Counted from the stretch's first letter, positions 18,982 through 28,711 are shown. The stretch: 32,000 bases of DNA from Candidatus Thalassarchaeaceae archaeon (GCA_045568075.1 JBJLBP010000001.1:1230001-1262000); one strand, 5' to 3'. The notes: generated from the sequence alone by a model not told the origin. Translations and numbers: made by a program.

Positions 18982-20169
18982 TCAGCGCATTGCAGGTGCG
19001 TACTGGATTCCACCCTCGGAGACGAGGGCATTTAGGGTTCCAGAGCGCGAGATCAGGCAGCCAGTCATAGCGTCGGATCCGCTGGTACCATCGTAGGTAC
19101 CGTCGCAGAACGCGTCGTCGTATGCCTCACCGTAGTTGCCAGCTGCATTTAGGACAGCCTGCATCCAGTCACCCGCAAGCGGGTTGTCTGTGGTGCCTAG
19201 TCCGAGGTTCTCGGTCAATAGGCGGCACATACCTGGATCGCTACCATCGCAAGCAGAAGTTGCCATCTCAGCAGCGTTTGCTGCGGTGACACCCATCTCT
19301 TCGGCAGTTACCATACCATACCAGACCCAAGCCACGACGTCCTTGAAGTCGGAGTCCATGTCACGGGTTGCCGCTCCTAGCGGCTCCTTGGACATAAGTT
19401 CCTGAGCAATCCAGATGTCGACTCCGTTCATTGAACCATCGCCATCAAGTTGCCACTTCTTGGCCACCATTGCGGACATGTCGCCAGTGAAGGCATCACA
19501 CGAACCGTCGATGAACTTTGCAGTTGCCTCTGCAGCGTCAGCTACAGGGACGGAGGTGAAGGCTATGTTCCTTGAAGAGAACCAGTCCACCATGTTACCC
19601 TCAGTTGTGGTACCAATTCCGACACAGATGTTTGCGCCGTCAAGTCCAGCAGCCGAGTTACCAGCAGTAGCAGCATCGTACGAGTCAGCTCGTACCAAGA
19701 TACCTTGTCCATCGAAGAAATTCATTCCAGCGAAGTCGGCGTTCAGATCTGCATCACGGCTGGTTGTCCAGGTAGTGGTGCGGATTAGCACGTCGATTGT
19801 GCCAGAGGCTAGCTTGTCGAAGCGATCCGAGCCCGAGGCCGGGATGTACTCGACGTCGGTATCAGGGTTCAACCCTAGAGCAGCCGCAACACCGCGGCAG
19901 TAGGAGATGTCCAGACCGGAGCGAACTCCAGTTCCAGCATCCAAGTATCCCATTCCGTATTGGGATTCCTTCACTCCGCACTTCATCGAGCCACGCTCGA
20001 TGATGGTGTCTAGAGTACTCACAGGTGTAGCTTCTGCAATTCCAGCAGCTCTTCCTTCTTCGCGTGCAGCGTCGATGTCTTCCTGAGAAAACCCTTCACT
20101 ACCCGCACAGCCCGCAAGGGCCGCAGTCATCATTAACATCATCATTGTTGTAGCGAGCAAGCTTCGCAT
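18982..20169 (-). CDS. aapJ: General amino-acid ABC transporter substrate-binding lipoprotein (AapJ/YhdW-like)
   Basis: TIDVLIRTTTWTTSRDADLNADFAGMNFFDGQGILVR resembles the AapJ family core. Signal/lipobox is MRSLLATTMMMLMMTAALAGC. I place the start at ATG 20169 rather than the ORF-track 20253, because a TATATA box lies 26 nt upstream of 20169. Confidence 0.85.
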   Translation of the reverse strand: MRSLLATTMMMLMMTAALAGCAGSEGFSQEDIDAAREEGRAAGIAEATPVSTLDTIIERGSMKCGVKESQYGMGYLDAGTGVRSGLDISYCRGVAAALGLNPDTDVEYIPASGSDRFDKLASGTIDVLIRTTTWTTSRDADLNADFAGMNFFDGQGILVRADSYDAATAGNSAAGLDGANICVGIGTTTEGNMVDWFSSRNIAFTSVPVADAAEATAKFIDGSCDAFTGDMSAMVAKKWQLDGDGSMNGVDIWIAQELMSKEPLGAATRDMDSDFKDVVAWVWYGMVTAEEMGVTAANAAEMATSACDGSDPGMCRLLTENLGLGTTDNPLAGDWMQAVLNAAGNYGEAYDDAFCDGTYDGTSGSDAMTGCLISRSGTLNALVSEGGIQYAPAMR

Positions 20170-20189
20170 ATCGTCGGTTAGGCAGTGTC

Positions 20190-20210
20190 GTAGGTATATA
20201 CCTTCGGTAG
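20190..20210 (-). promoter_or_regulatory. Candidate archaeal BRE/TATA promoter giving a near-leaderless aapJ-like mRNA
   Basis: Minus strand reads CCGAAGG-TATATA-CC (TATATA = 20195-20200). It is centred about 28 nt upstream of ATG 20169, and no SD lies in between. Confidence 0.35.
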
Positions 20211-20320
20211 GGCGTGAAATAGCGGTATGTTTCGGCCACAATTGGCTAGTCACAATTTAGATGAAAGTCAATCTGGCTTTCACTGGGATTGATTAGAATT
20301 TGTTAGAAAAGTTGGAAGAG

Positions 20321-20340
20321 CGGGGCGCCGAAGCGCCCCG
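20321..20340 (-). other. Perfect 8-bp GC hairpin with a cUUCGg tetraloop in the 16S 3' trailer
   Basis: Minus strand reads CGGGGCGC-UUCG-GCGCCCCG, 27 nt after the 16S 3' end. It is followed by CTCTTCCAACTTTTCT. Its function (processing stem remnant or terminator) is not established. Confidence 0.5.
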
Positions 20341-20366
20341 CCCCCCCGGGTTTTTCCGAGTTTCTC

Positions 20367-21836
<1,470 letters not shown>

Positions 21837-22212
21837 TCGCGTGAGCGGAATCACAATCCTAACGGAAGTATCGAGTGGATCACAAGTTTTTGCTGATTCT
21901 TATTGAAAATTGACGCAGAACACCGATTCTATTTTGAATTTGAATCGAAATAATCTGCTTCTTGCACCCCCTAATGTCGGGGGTCAAGTTGAACGTGGTT
22001 CACCTCTTTATCGCGAATCGAGTTCGCGACTGCATTTCCTCGGCGTGCGTCTGACATGATGGAGAACTTCACCGGACCCGAAGGTCCTCAGTCTCCAACG
22101 CCAGTCTGACGCAGCAGCCCGCCGACCGTCCTTCGGTATATGAAGATGACTAGTGGGCTGGGAACTATAATCGATGCACTGCGGCGCGATTGTGTAGTCT
22201 AGAGTGGGGTGC

Positions 22213-22229
22213 AATAAAACGCCGTTTTA
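22213..22229 (-). terminator. Small hairpin plus T-tract about 40 nt after the secY stop
   Basis: Minus strand reads AAAACGGCGTTTTATT: a 5-bp stem (AAAAC/GTTTT) with a 3-nt loop, running into TTTTATT. Weak, and may only partly stop read-through into the 16S gene. Confidence 0.3.
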
Positions 22230-22267
22230 CAGTATAGTTCACATTGGGTTAGAGAGCTTTAATCGAA

Positions 22268-24190
22268 TCATTCTGCGCCGAAGAATTCTCTCAATACAGG
22301 GTGCATTTCCATAGCCTGTTCCTTCTGAATTTGCTCGTATGTTCGGAGGATAATTCCGACCGCTAGGAGCAATCCAGTTCCGGTCGCATTACCAACCGTA
22401 CCGAGCAAGTCTGCACCGGCGGCGAGAAGACCTACGAATGCACCAGAGAAGACGGTGACAGGAGGAATATATCGCTCGAGAATTCGTTCGAGGACGACCG
22501 GATTCTTCCTGAATCCTGGAATCTGCATTCCAGTGCGCTCGATCTGCTTAGCAACATCCTTCGAGCCCATATTGGTAGTCTCAATCCAGAACTTCGCGAA
22601 GACTGTCGAACCGGCAGTCATGAATGTCACATAGACAATTACGTGAACCATGACCTGCCAAAGTTCGTGCCCGTAGGCATCAGGAGACTGATTCAGCAAC
22701 GGGATGAGCCAATCACCAACTCCGTTAACCATCGAGGAATACCAAGCGAATCCGCCTGTGGGAGTCGTTGCACCCGGTTCATATGAACCAAGCCAGGGAG
22801 AAATACTGTACGCCCCCTCACTTCCCAATATCGGCACTGTAGAGAGTGTTGGATGGCTCCAGAAGAGGAGAGTGAACATATTCACGTTAGCAAGTAGAGC
22901 AGCCATCAAAATCACTGGAATGTTACTCGCATAGACGAGTCTGATTGGATACTGGCCTCTGTGGCCACGCACCTTACCGTGTGTCAGTGGCAGTTCGAGT
23001 TTACTCGATTCGGCATATGCCACCACGAGGAACACGATAATCGACGAAACCAAGGCAGCAACAGGATTGGCGTGATTGAGTAATATCAATTCGAAACCAT
23101 TCTGACTTACCAATTCAGAATTCGTTGCTGTGCGCAGAGTGTAGAAGATCATCGGCAGAGTCCCTGAAGGAGGATTCTGCAAGGAATAGGGAGTTCCCTG
23201 AACTGTTGCCAGAGGAGAGAGTGTACCAACGAAGGTGGACTGTGCCACACCCGCGGCGATGAATAGCGAGATACCGCTTCCAATACCCCACTTACTGACC
23301 AACTCATCGAGCAGGAACACTAAGTATGAACCGACGAATAACTGAGCGACGATGATTGCGTTAGCCCATCCTACACCATACTGGGTGATGATATCTCCAT
23401 GTGGATCGAGGAATCCGTAGACCTGAGGGATGGACTCGATTGGAATCATCAGCAGGACGAGAATCTTCTGCACACCTTGGTACAGTTGCTTGTCAGACGA
23501 GTCCTGCATGTCGAGCTGGATAATCTTGGCACCAGCAAATAATTGCATGATAATTGAACCTGTAACAATTGGACCAATACCGAGGTGCATGATTGAACCC
23601 GAGGCACCGGCCATGATTGCACGGAATGACGAGAAGACGTCGAGGGTCGAGTCAGACAGACCCCAAATCATCACATTTGTCATCATGAAGTAAATGATGA
23701 GAACAAGGGTCGTTGTCCACAATTTCTGATTGAAGCGGACGTGACCCTCGGGCTTGGTGATAGATGGATAAACATCCACCAAACGCTGAAGCCCGTAGAG
23801 TCTACTTGATTCGGGGCCTGAATACATTAGACAGGCTAAAGCAAGACCTGATGCAAGTCCAAGAAGTCCAACTCCCACTAACAGATATCCGACTGTGGAT
23901 GAATCCGTCAGCCCCCAAGCGAAAAAGAAAGCGATGAATGCGAGCCAAATACCCGGTTTGAGCATCCTTCCAAGATAGGGAGTTTCAGCGATGTTCTCAG
24001 GAAGATCGGTAGAAGTACCCCAAATTACGAAACCGATGTATGGAAATGATGTTGCGAACATTGTCAGCGCTTTCATCTGTAGTTCGGAATCGGTTCCGAA
24101 AAGAGCATCCTTCTGCCACCAGACTAATGCACCCCAGTAGATGATGGAAAGCGCGACGATACCAATGTAGGAGGGACGTCGTTCTTCCAT
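22268..24190 (-). CDS. secY: Preprotein translocase subunit SecY with a ~130-aa N-terminal membrane extension
   Basis: SecY core: PSITKPEGHVRFNQKLWTTTLVLIIYF, LGIGPIVTGSIIMQL, LDELVSKWGIGSGISLFIAAGV, YPIRLVYASNIPVIL, RYIPPVTVFSGAFVGLLA. ATG 24190 is preceded by CAGGTGATC; the ORF track starts at GTG 24199. Usual position after rpl15. Confidence 0.9.
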   Translation of the reverse strand: MEERRPSYIGIVALSIIYWGALVWWQKDALFGTDSELQMKALTMFATSFPYIGFVIWGTSTDLPENIAETPYLGRMLKPGIWLAFIAFFFAWGLTDSSTVGYLLVGVGLLGLASGLALACLMYSGPESSRLYGLQRLVDVYPSITKPEGHVRFNQKLWTTTLVLIIYFMMTNVMIWGLSDSTLDVFSSFRAIMAGASGSIMHLGIGPIVTGSIIMQLFAGAKIIQLDMQDSSDKQLYQGVQKILVLLMIPIESIPQVYGFLDPHGDIITQYGVGWANAIIVAQLFVGSYLVFLLDELVSKWGIGSGISLFIAAGVAQSTFVGTLSPLATVQGTPYSLQNPPSGTLPMIFYTLRTATNSELVSQNGFELILLNHANPVAALVSSIIVFLVVAYAESSKLELPLTHGKVRGHRGQYPIRLVYASNIPVILMAALLANVNMFTLLFWSHPTLSTVPILGSEGAYSISPWLGSYEPGATTPTGGFAWYSSMVNGVGDWLIPLLNQSPDAYGHELWQVMVHVIVYVTFMTAGSTVFAKFWIETTNMGSKDVAKQIERTGMQIPGFRKNPVVLERILERYIPPVTVFSGAFVGLLAAGADLLGTVGNATGTGLLLAVGIILRTYEQIQKEQAMEMHPVLREFFGAE

Positions 24191-24249
24191 ATCGATCACC
24201 TGCGCCGCTGCTTATCCTCTATTTCATCAAATCGAGTTTTGAGTTCTGA

Positions 24250-24672
24250 TCATTCCTCTTCCCACTCGTCTGAGCCGTCTCCGTCGCCTAGGACGACTGA
24301 ACCGCCTGCGGCTTCCACCTTCTCGATGGCACGTGCGCTGGCTGAAGCGACGGTGATTGTAATCGCGCGGTCAATTCTACCGCTGCCGAGTAGCTTGTCA
24401 TATCCCATCTGACCGAGATCGATTGAATCGCCCTCTGTCATTTGGCAAACTTGCATGAGATTGATGCTGACGTTGACCTTTCGAAGGCTTGGGTGACGGT
24501 TGAATCCGTGCATTCCCCAGTGGCCTGGCATATACTTGAGGCGAGTCATGAGGCGATGCTTGTTGATTCCAGCATTACCTCGTCCACCGCGTAGACCTGC
24601 ACCACGGCCAGCTTTCTTACCGCGACCGTGATAACGGGAGCGACCTCGGAATTTGTTAGTTCGTGATACCAT
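24250..24672 (-). CDS. rpl15: 50S ribosomal protein uL15
   Basis: N-terminus FRGRSRYHGRGKKAGRGAGLRGGRGNAGINKHR. Correct operon position. Acidic C-terminal tail GDGDGSDEWEEE. Confidence 0.9.
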   Translation of the reverse strand: MVSRTNKFRGRSRYHGRGKKAGRGAGLRGGRGNAGINKHRLMTRLKYMPGHWGMHGFNRHPSLRKVNVSINLMQVCQMTEGDSIDLGQMGYDKLLGSGRIDRAITITVASASARAIEKVEAAGGSVVLGDGDGSDEWEEE

Positions 24673-24682
24673 TCATTTCACC

Positions 24683-25153
24683 TCAAATCATTCTCTCCGC
24701 GAGAGAACCAATCTCGTCGCCTCGGAATCCGAGAGCGCCGCCGATCGAGTAAGCTCGCTTGATGCCGCCCCATCCCTTCGCACCGCGTGGCGGGTGAAGA
24801 CGTAGGACTGGCTTGAGTCCGTCTACTGACTTCATTGATGCCTCTCCAGAGGCTAGAGCCTTGGCGAATGCCTTGACTGTCTTGAAGTCTGATCCAGCCT
24901 TCACAGCAGCGTCGTCAACCGGCTTATCGCCGACCATTCGACCACGCTGAGTCAGAAGGTTCTCGATGGTTCCAGCGTCGACAACACCCCATGTGACGAA
25001 GTCCTTCGACTTCTGTAGCATTCCAGCGTATGTGGAACTCTCTGGGACGATTGTTGCGTGGTTCACGCGGGTCAGGTTGAGCATGCCCATGGTGTCACGG
25101 ATGCTACGCTCAACTCCGCGGTCGCTTCGTACGCGCACAACGAGGAAGGTCAT
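24683..25153 (-). CDS. rpl30: 50S ribosomal protein uL30
   Basis: [34 protein letters not shown] and LRLHPPRG, as in archaeal L30. Correct operon position. ATGA overlap with rps5. Confidence 0.9.
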   Translation of the reverse strand: MTFLVVRVRSDRGVERSIRDTMGMLNLTRVNHATIVPESSTYAGMLQKSKDFVTWGVVDAGTIENLLTQRGRMVGDKPVDDAAVKAGSDFKTVKAFAKALASGEASMKSVDGLKPVLRLHPPRGAKGWGGIKRAYSIGGALGFRGDEIGSLAERMI

Positions 25154-25920
25154 TGTTCTCCCCTCCCACTGGTGATGTTCAGGCGATTTCGATCTCCTTC
25201 GCTGATTCGAGTCTTGTTCAACTCGACGAGAGCATTGAATGTAGCCTGTGCGTAATTGATGGTTGTTCGAGTCTGTCCTGCGGAGCGGCTCCAGACGTCG
25301 GAGACACCAGCCAGAAGCAGAACACGGCGGCCGTAGTCACCAATAACGAGCCCCTTTCCAGCAGGTGCTGGCATCAAAGTGACTCGAGTGGAACCGGAGC
25401 GGCCGGTGACCTTCAGTGGAACAGAGGTGCCGGGGCCGCCTCCAGATTCCCATGAACCATTTCCGCGCATGACTGGAATCAAGTTCAACTTGGCCTTGTC
25501 GATCGCCTTACGGATAGTACTCGCGACCTCCTTACCCTTGCAGATTGCCAGTCCAACGTATCCGTCGCTATTGCCAACGACGCATAGGACGTTGAATCGC
25601 ACACGGCGACCGGAGTCGGTCATGCGCTGAATCATGTTGACCGCGAGAACGTCGTCAGTCAAACCGGGAAGAAGTGCGTCAACAATTTCGACCTCGCGAA
25701 TCGGTAGACCAGTCTTGAGAGCTTCTTCGTAGGTGAGGACCTGACCGTTAGCCACCATGCGCCCGAGACGAGTGCGTGGTTGCCAGGCTCGTAGAGCCGC
25801 AAGGGGGTCTGGACCTCGGCGACGGCGAGGAGATGTGTCCTCGACCTCAGCCATAGCCAGAGCGAGTCCTGGGGCGATTGCTGGAACTTCTTCGACGATA
25901 TCGGTTGTCTCTTCGCTCAT
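25150..25920 (-). CDS. rps5: 30S ribosomal protein uS5
   Basis: [45 protein letters not shown]. Acidic N-terminal extension. ATGA overlap with rpl18. Confidence 0.9.
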   Translation of the reverse strand: MSEETTDIVEEVPAIAPGLALAMAEVEDTSPRRRRGPDPLAALRAWQPRTRLGRMVANGQVLTYEEALKTGLPIREVEIVDALLPGLTDDVLAVNMIQRMTDSGRRVRFNVLCVVGNSDGYVGLAICKGKEVASTIRKAIDKAKLNLIPVMRGNGSWESGGGPGTSVPLKVTGRSGSTRVTLMPAPAGKGLVIGDYGRRVLLLAGVSDVWSRSAGQTRTTINYAQATFNALVELNKTRISEGDRNRLNITSGRGEQ

Positions 25921-26432
25921 GCATTCGCCTCCTCTATTGCCTTCTTTGTCGACTCGACCGCTGCTGCAATCGAGTCGCCGATGTGTGCGCCGCTGATGCG
26001 GTCGTCTTCAGGCAGAACATCGTCACTGTGTGGAATTTCAAGACCAGCGTCGACCATTCCTTTGAGGGCAGCGAAGACGCGACTTCCTGGTGTAGAAGAA
26101 GCTAGACCAATGTCGAGGATAGCCTCGTCGTGTCCAGCCGCGACTGCAGCCTTGCCCATAGCGTATCCAGACAGGTAGCTGGCTGGAACTGATTTGCGAG
26201 AAGCATCGAGAGGCCAATCGAACTTGTTGACGAGCATCTTACCGTCAATCGAGACTGTGATATTATCACCGCTGGTCTCGTAATTAACCAATTGACAGAT
26301 TGTCTGAGTGTTCGTCACACGGACGACTGCTCGTGCGCTGCCACCGCGAAGCATTCGCATTCTGCGGCGATAATCTGTTTCGCCATTGCGGCGACGCTTG
26401 TAGCGGAGTCTCTGGTTCTTACCGTGTGCCAT
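25917..26432 (-). CDS. rpl18: 50S ribosomal protein uL18
   Basis: [29 protein letters not shown]...[20 protein letters not shown] 26432 overlaps the rpl19e stop (TGATG) and follows GGAGGTGA. The ORF track starts at GTG 26435. Confidence 0.9.
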   Translation of the reverse strand: MAHGKNQRLRYKRRRNGETDYRRRMRMLRGGSARAVVRVTNTQTICQLVNYETSGDNITVSIDGKMLVNKFDWPLDASRKSVPASYLSGYAMGKAAVAAGHDEAILDIGLASSTPGSRVFAALKGMVDAGLEIPHSDDVLPEDDRISGAHIGDSIAAAVESTKKAIEEANA

Positions 26433-26908
26433 CACTGCTCACCTCCGAGCTTGATTCCGTCGATTTCCATGTTCGACTTCATGTGGGAGACAGAGCGGTA
26501 TGATCCACCCTTGGCCTTCCTGTAGTAGTAACGATATTCCGATGGAGTGAGGGTTTCGTCGCCCCTCATTTCCTTCAAAGTCCTGCGTTGTGCGCGGACC
26601 GTTCTCATCCAGCGGTGCTTTCGTGGGTTACGTGAATTCAAGGTACCTTTCCTCGAACCCTGACCCGTGCGTCGTCCCTTCGATTTCTGAGCAGCTGCCT
26701 TGCGTGCTCGTGAACGGCTGGTTCCGACCAAAGGTCGTGCCTTGATTACACCCTCATCGATGAGGCGGCGAACGTCATTCTTCTGAACGGCATTGGCCAC
26801 GTCGTCGAGGTAGTCCTTGTCAATCCAGATTCTGTGGATTCCGACAACGCGTCCCTCTCGCTGGCTGAAGATTGCAGCCGCGAGTCTCTTCTGATTCGTG
26901 ATCATCAT
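26432..26908 (-). CDS. rpl19e: 50S ribosomal protein eL19
   Basis: QKRLAAAIFSQREGRVVGIHRIWIDKDYLDDVANAVQKNDVRRLIDEGVI...RSRARK. ATGA overlap with rpl32e. Confidence 0.9.
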   Translation of the reverse strand: MMITNQKRLAAAIFSQREGRVVGIHRIWIDKDYLDDVANAVQKNDVRRLIDEGVIKARPLVGTSRSRARKAAAQKSKGRRTGQGSRKGTLNSRNPRKHRWMRTVRAQRRTLKEMRGDETLTPSEYRYYYRKAKGGSYRSVSHMKSNMEIDGIKLGGEQ

Positions 26909-27579
26909 CTCAAGTCCCCCTTACGCGCGAAGCGACGGCGATTGAGGACGCGCAGACCAAGATCGTCAGCGCGGTCGTGGATACTTGCTCTCTTGCGGTT
27001 GCCGACCGAGGCTGAGATGCGTACGGCCTGGCGCTCCGGGTCGAGTCCATCGAGATCGCCAGCAGCGCTGACGAGGACTTCTTCAAATCCAGAGGGGTGG
27101 AGTCCGCGAACGTCGGCAATCTTACCGTAGCCGACACGGACCATTGGAGAGCGGTACTTGCGGTTCTTGCGCTGACTCGAGTCGTCACCGCGTGGCTTCT
27201 TCCAACCGGTGCGCGAGAGGCGCTTGTAGCGGAACCACTCTTGGCGGCGGAAAGCTGGTTGCTTCTTCTTCTGAGCAGCACGAGTTGCGAGCGCTTCCTT
27301 AGTTGCATCATCGAGGACCGGTTTCTGGCGAGCTGTGTGGAAATCATCCCACTCATCATCGTAGAATTCCTCGCCTTCGAAGTCGTCTTCAACCTCATCA
27401 ATCTCGACATCGTCAGCGATATCTTCGGAGACTTCGACGTCTTCCTCGACGGGTGCTGGAGCATCTCCAGCCTCCTGTAGGCGAGCAATGAGTTCAGCCT
27501 TCTTACCAGATACTGGCAATCCGGCTGCACGGAGCAGATCCTTCAGTTCAGCGACTGTCTTACCTTCGTAATCCATCAT
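26905..27579 (-). CDS. rpl32e: 50S ribosomal protein eL32 with an N-terminal SAP/HeH motif and acidic linker
   Basis: C-terminal eL32 core FRRQEWFRYKRLSRTGWKKPRGDDSSQRKN...GLHPSGFEEVLV...VRISASVGNRKR. N-terminus KTVAELKDLLRAAGLPVSGKKAELIARLQEAG. ATG 27579 follows GGGGTGAT; the ORF track starts at TTG 27582. Confidence 0.85.
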   Translation of the reverse strand: MMDYEGKTVAELKDLLRAAGLPVSGKKAELIARLQEAGDAPAPVEEDVEVSEDIADDVEIDEVEDDFEGEEFYDDEWDDFHTARQKPVLDDATKEALATRAAQKKKQPAFRRQEWFRYKRLSRTGWKKPRGDDSSQRKNRKYRSPMVRVGYGKIADVRGLHPSGFEEVLVSAAGDLDGLDPERQAVRISASVGNRKRASIHDRADDLGLRVLNRRRFARKGDLR

Positions 27580-27589
27580 CAATCACCCC

Positions 27590-28144
27590 TCATTGGTCTC
27601 CCTTAGAGACGATGTAGATTCCATCCTGGAAAACACGTCGGTCTCGCTTCTTGATGTGACAGGCACGCTCGATATTCGCAGCGGTCTGGCCGACCTTTTC
27701 GCGGTCAGCACCTGTGACGGTGATGTCAGTCTTGTTTGAGACCTTGACTTCGACGTCAGCAGGCGACCATGGTAGAGCGGCGACTCGAGGGACCTTCTCA
27801 CCAAACAGGTTGGTGATGGTCATCTCGTTGCCTTGCACCTTGATTGTCATAGGGAAGTGAGAATACACAGCCTTGAGCTTGTATACGAAGCCCGAGTCGA
27901 GTCCTCGAGCCATGTTGTTGAGATGTGCCGCCCAAGTTCCAGCGAGAGCCTTCTCCTTGCGGCGCGGGAGGTTGCAAAATACCTCGACTCCATCCGATGA
28001 ATCACGAACCTCGAGGCGAGGGTGACGGAACTCACGCGTCAATGACTTGCCATCCTTCGCCAGAGTCACGTCGTGACCGGCGAGAGTGGCGGAAACTCCC
28101 TCAGGGAGAGCGATAGTGTGTGAAATCTTATCCAACTTTGGCAT
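27590..28144 (-). CDS. rpl6: 50S ribosomal protein uL6
   Basis: 184 aa with the two-domain L6 pattern (IALPEGVSATLAGHDVTLAKDGKSLTREF...). SD GAGGAGTGAT upstream. Correct operon position. Confidence 0.9.
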   Translation of the reverse strand: MPKLDKISHTIALPEGVSATLAGHDVTLAKDGKSLTREFRHPRLEVRDSSDGVEVFCNLPRRKEKALAGTWAAHLNNMARGLDSGFVYKLKAVYSHFPMTIKVQGNEMTITNLFGEKVPRVAALPWSPADVEVKVSNKTDITVTGADREKVGQTAANIERACHIKKRDRRVFQDGIYIVSKGDQ

Positions 28145-28157
28145 ACTTCATCACTCC

Positions 28158-28547
28158 TCAGAAGATGTACGCGAGCAATCGCCCGCCGACACGCTCCTTC
28201 TTCGCATCGTGGTGGTTCATCACACCTTGATTGGTTGACAGGATCAGAAGACCGAAGTCCTGAGCCGGCAAGTAACGCGACTCCCACTTATCGTAATCTG
28301 TCCTCTTGACCGAGTGTCGTGGCTTGATGACTCCACAGCGGTTGATCGCTCCGATCAACTCGACACGGAATCCACCTCCACGACCGTCCTCGATCTGTTG
28401 GAATTCTCCTACATATCCGGACTGCTGCATGATAGAGAGCATACTGCCGAGTAACTTACTGGCAGGGCTCAATGTCACTTCGTAATGTCCGGCTTGCTCC
28501 GCGTTGAAAATGCGGACGAAAGCGTCACTCAATGGGTCAAATTGCAT
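28158..28547 (-). CDS. rps8: 30S ribosomal protein uS8
   Basis: DPLSDAFVRIFNAEQAGHYEV...LSIMQQSGYVGEF...GLLILSTNQGVMNHHDAKKERVGGRLLAYIF. SD GAGGTGATGA upstream. Confidence 0.9.
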   Translation of the reverse strand: MQFDPLSDAFVRIFNAEQAGHYEVTLSPASKLLGSMLSIMQQSGYVGEFQQIEDGRGGGFRVELIGAINRCGVIKPRHSVKRTDYDKWESRYLPAQDFGLLILSTNQGVMNHHDAKKERVGGRLLAYIF

Positions 28548-28558
28548 CCTTCATCACC

Positions 28559-28711
28559 TCACGAATATTTCTTGAAACCGATTTGTGGGGCCACATCTCG
28601 GAAGCACTGGCGGCACAATCTTAGGCCATGTCGGCGAATCATACCGCGCTTGCGTCCGCAGCGTCGGCATCCGTTTGTTCGACCGATAGTTTCTCCATGA
28701 TCTCGTGCCAT
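28559..28711 (-). CDS. rps14: 30S ribosomal protein uS14 (zinc-ribbon type, 50 aa); not present in the supplied ORF track
   Basis: My translation is [50 protein letters not shown], with the C-x2-C...C-x2-C knuckle and the CRQCFR motif. ATG lies 3 nt after the rpl5 stop and follows GGAGGAGTGA. Expected position between rpl5 and rps8. Confidence 0.85.
   Translation of the reverse strand: MARDHGETIGRTNGCRRCGRKRGMIRRHGLRLCRQCFRDVAPQIGFKKYS

Noticed and set aside
22050-22115. C/D-box sRNA-like arrangement on the plus strand (ATGATGG ... CTGA about 55 nt apart, flanked by GTCTGAC repeats).
   Set aside because: The C box is imperfect (ends in G rather than A). No internal D'/C' boxes are present. 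The flanks are direct rather than complementary, so no terminal stem forms. It is also antisense to the rRNA leader.
22008-22214. 68-aa ORF in the secY-16S spacer.
   Set aside because: The sequence is Arg-rich and not protein-like, with no SD or TATA at a suitable distance. The region is better explained as a structured rRNA leader with hairpins at 22011-22029 and 22074-22087.
26910-27530. 206-aa alternative-frame ORF on the same strand inside rpl32e.
   Set aside because: It is a shadow ORF. Its translation is Ser/Arg/Thr-rich with no motifs, whereas the annotated frame gives clear SAP and eL32 signatures.
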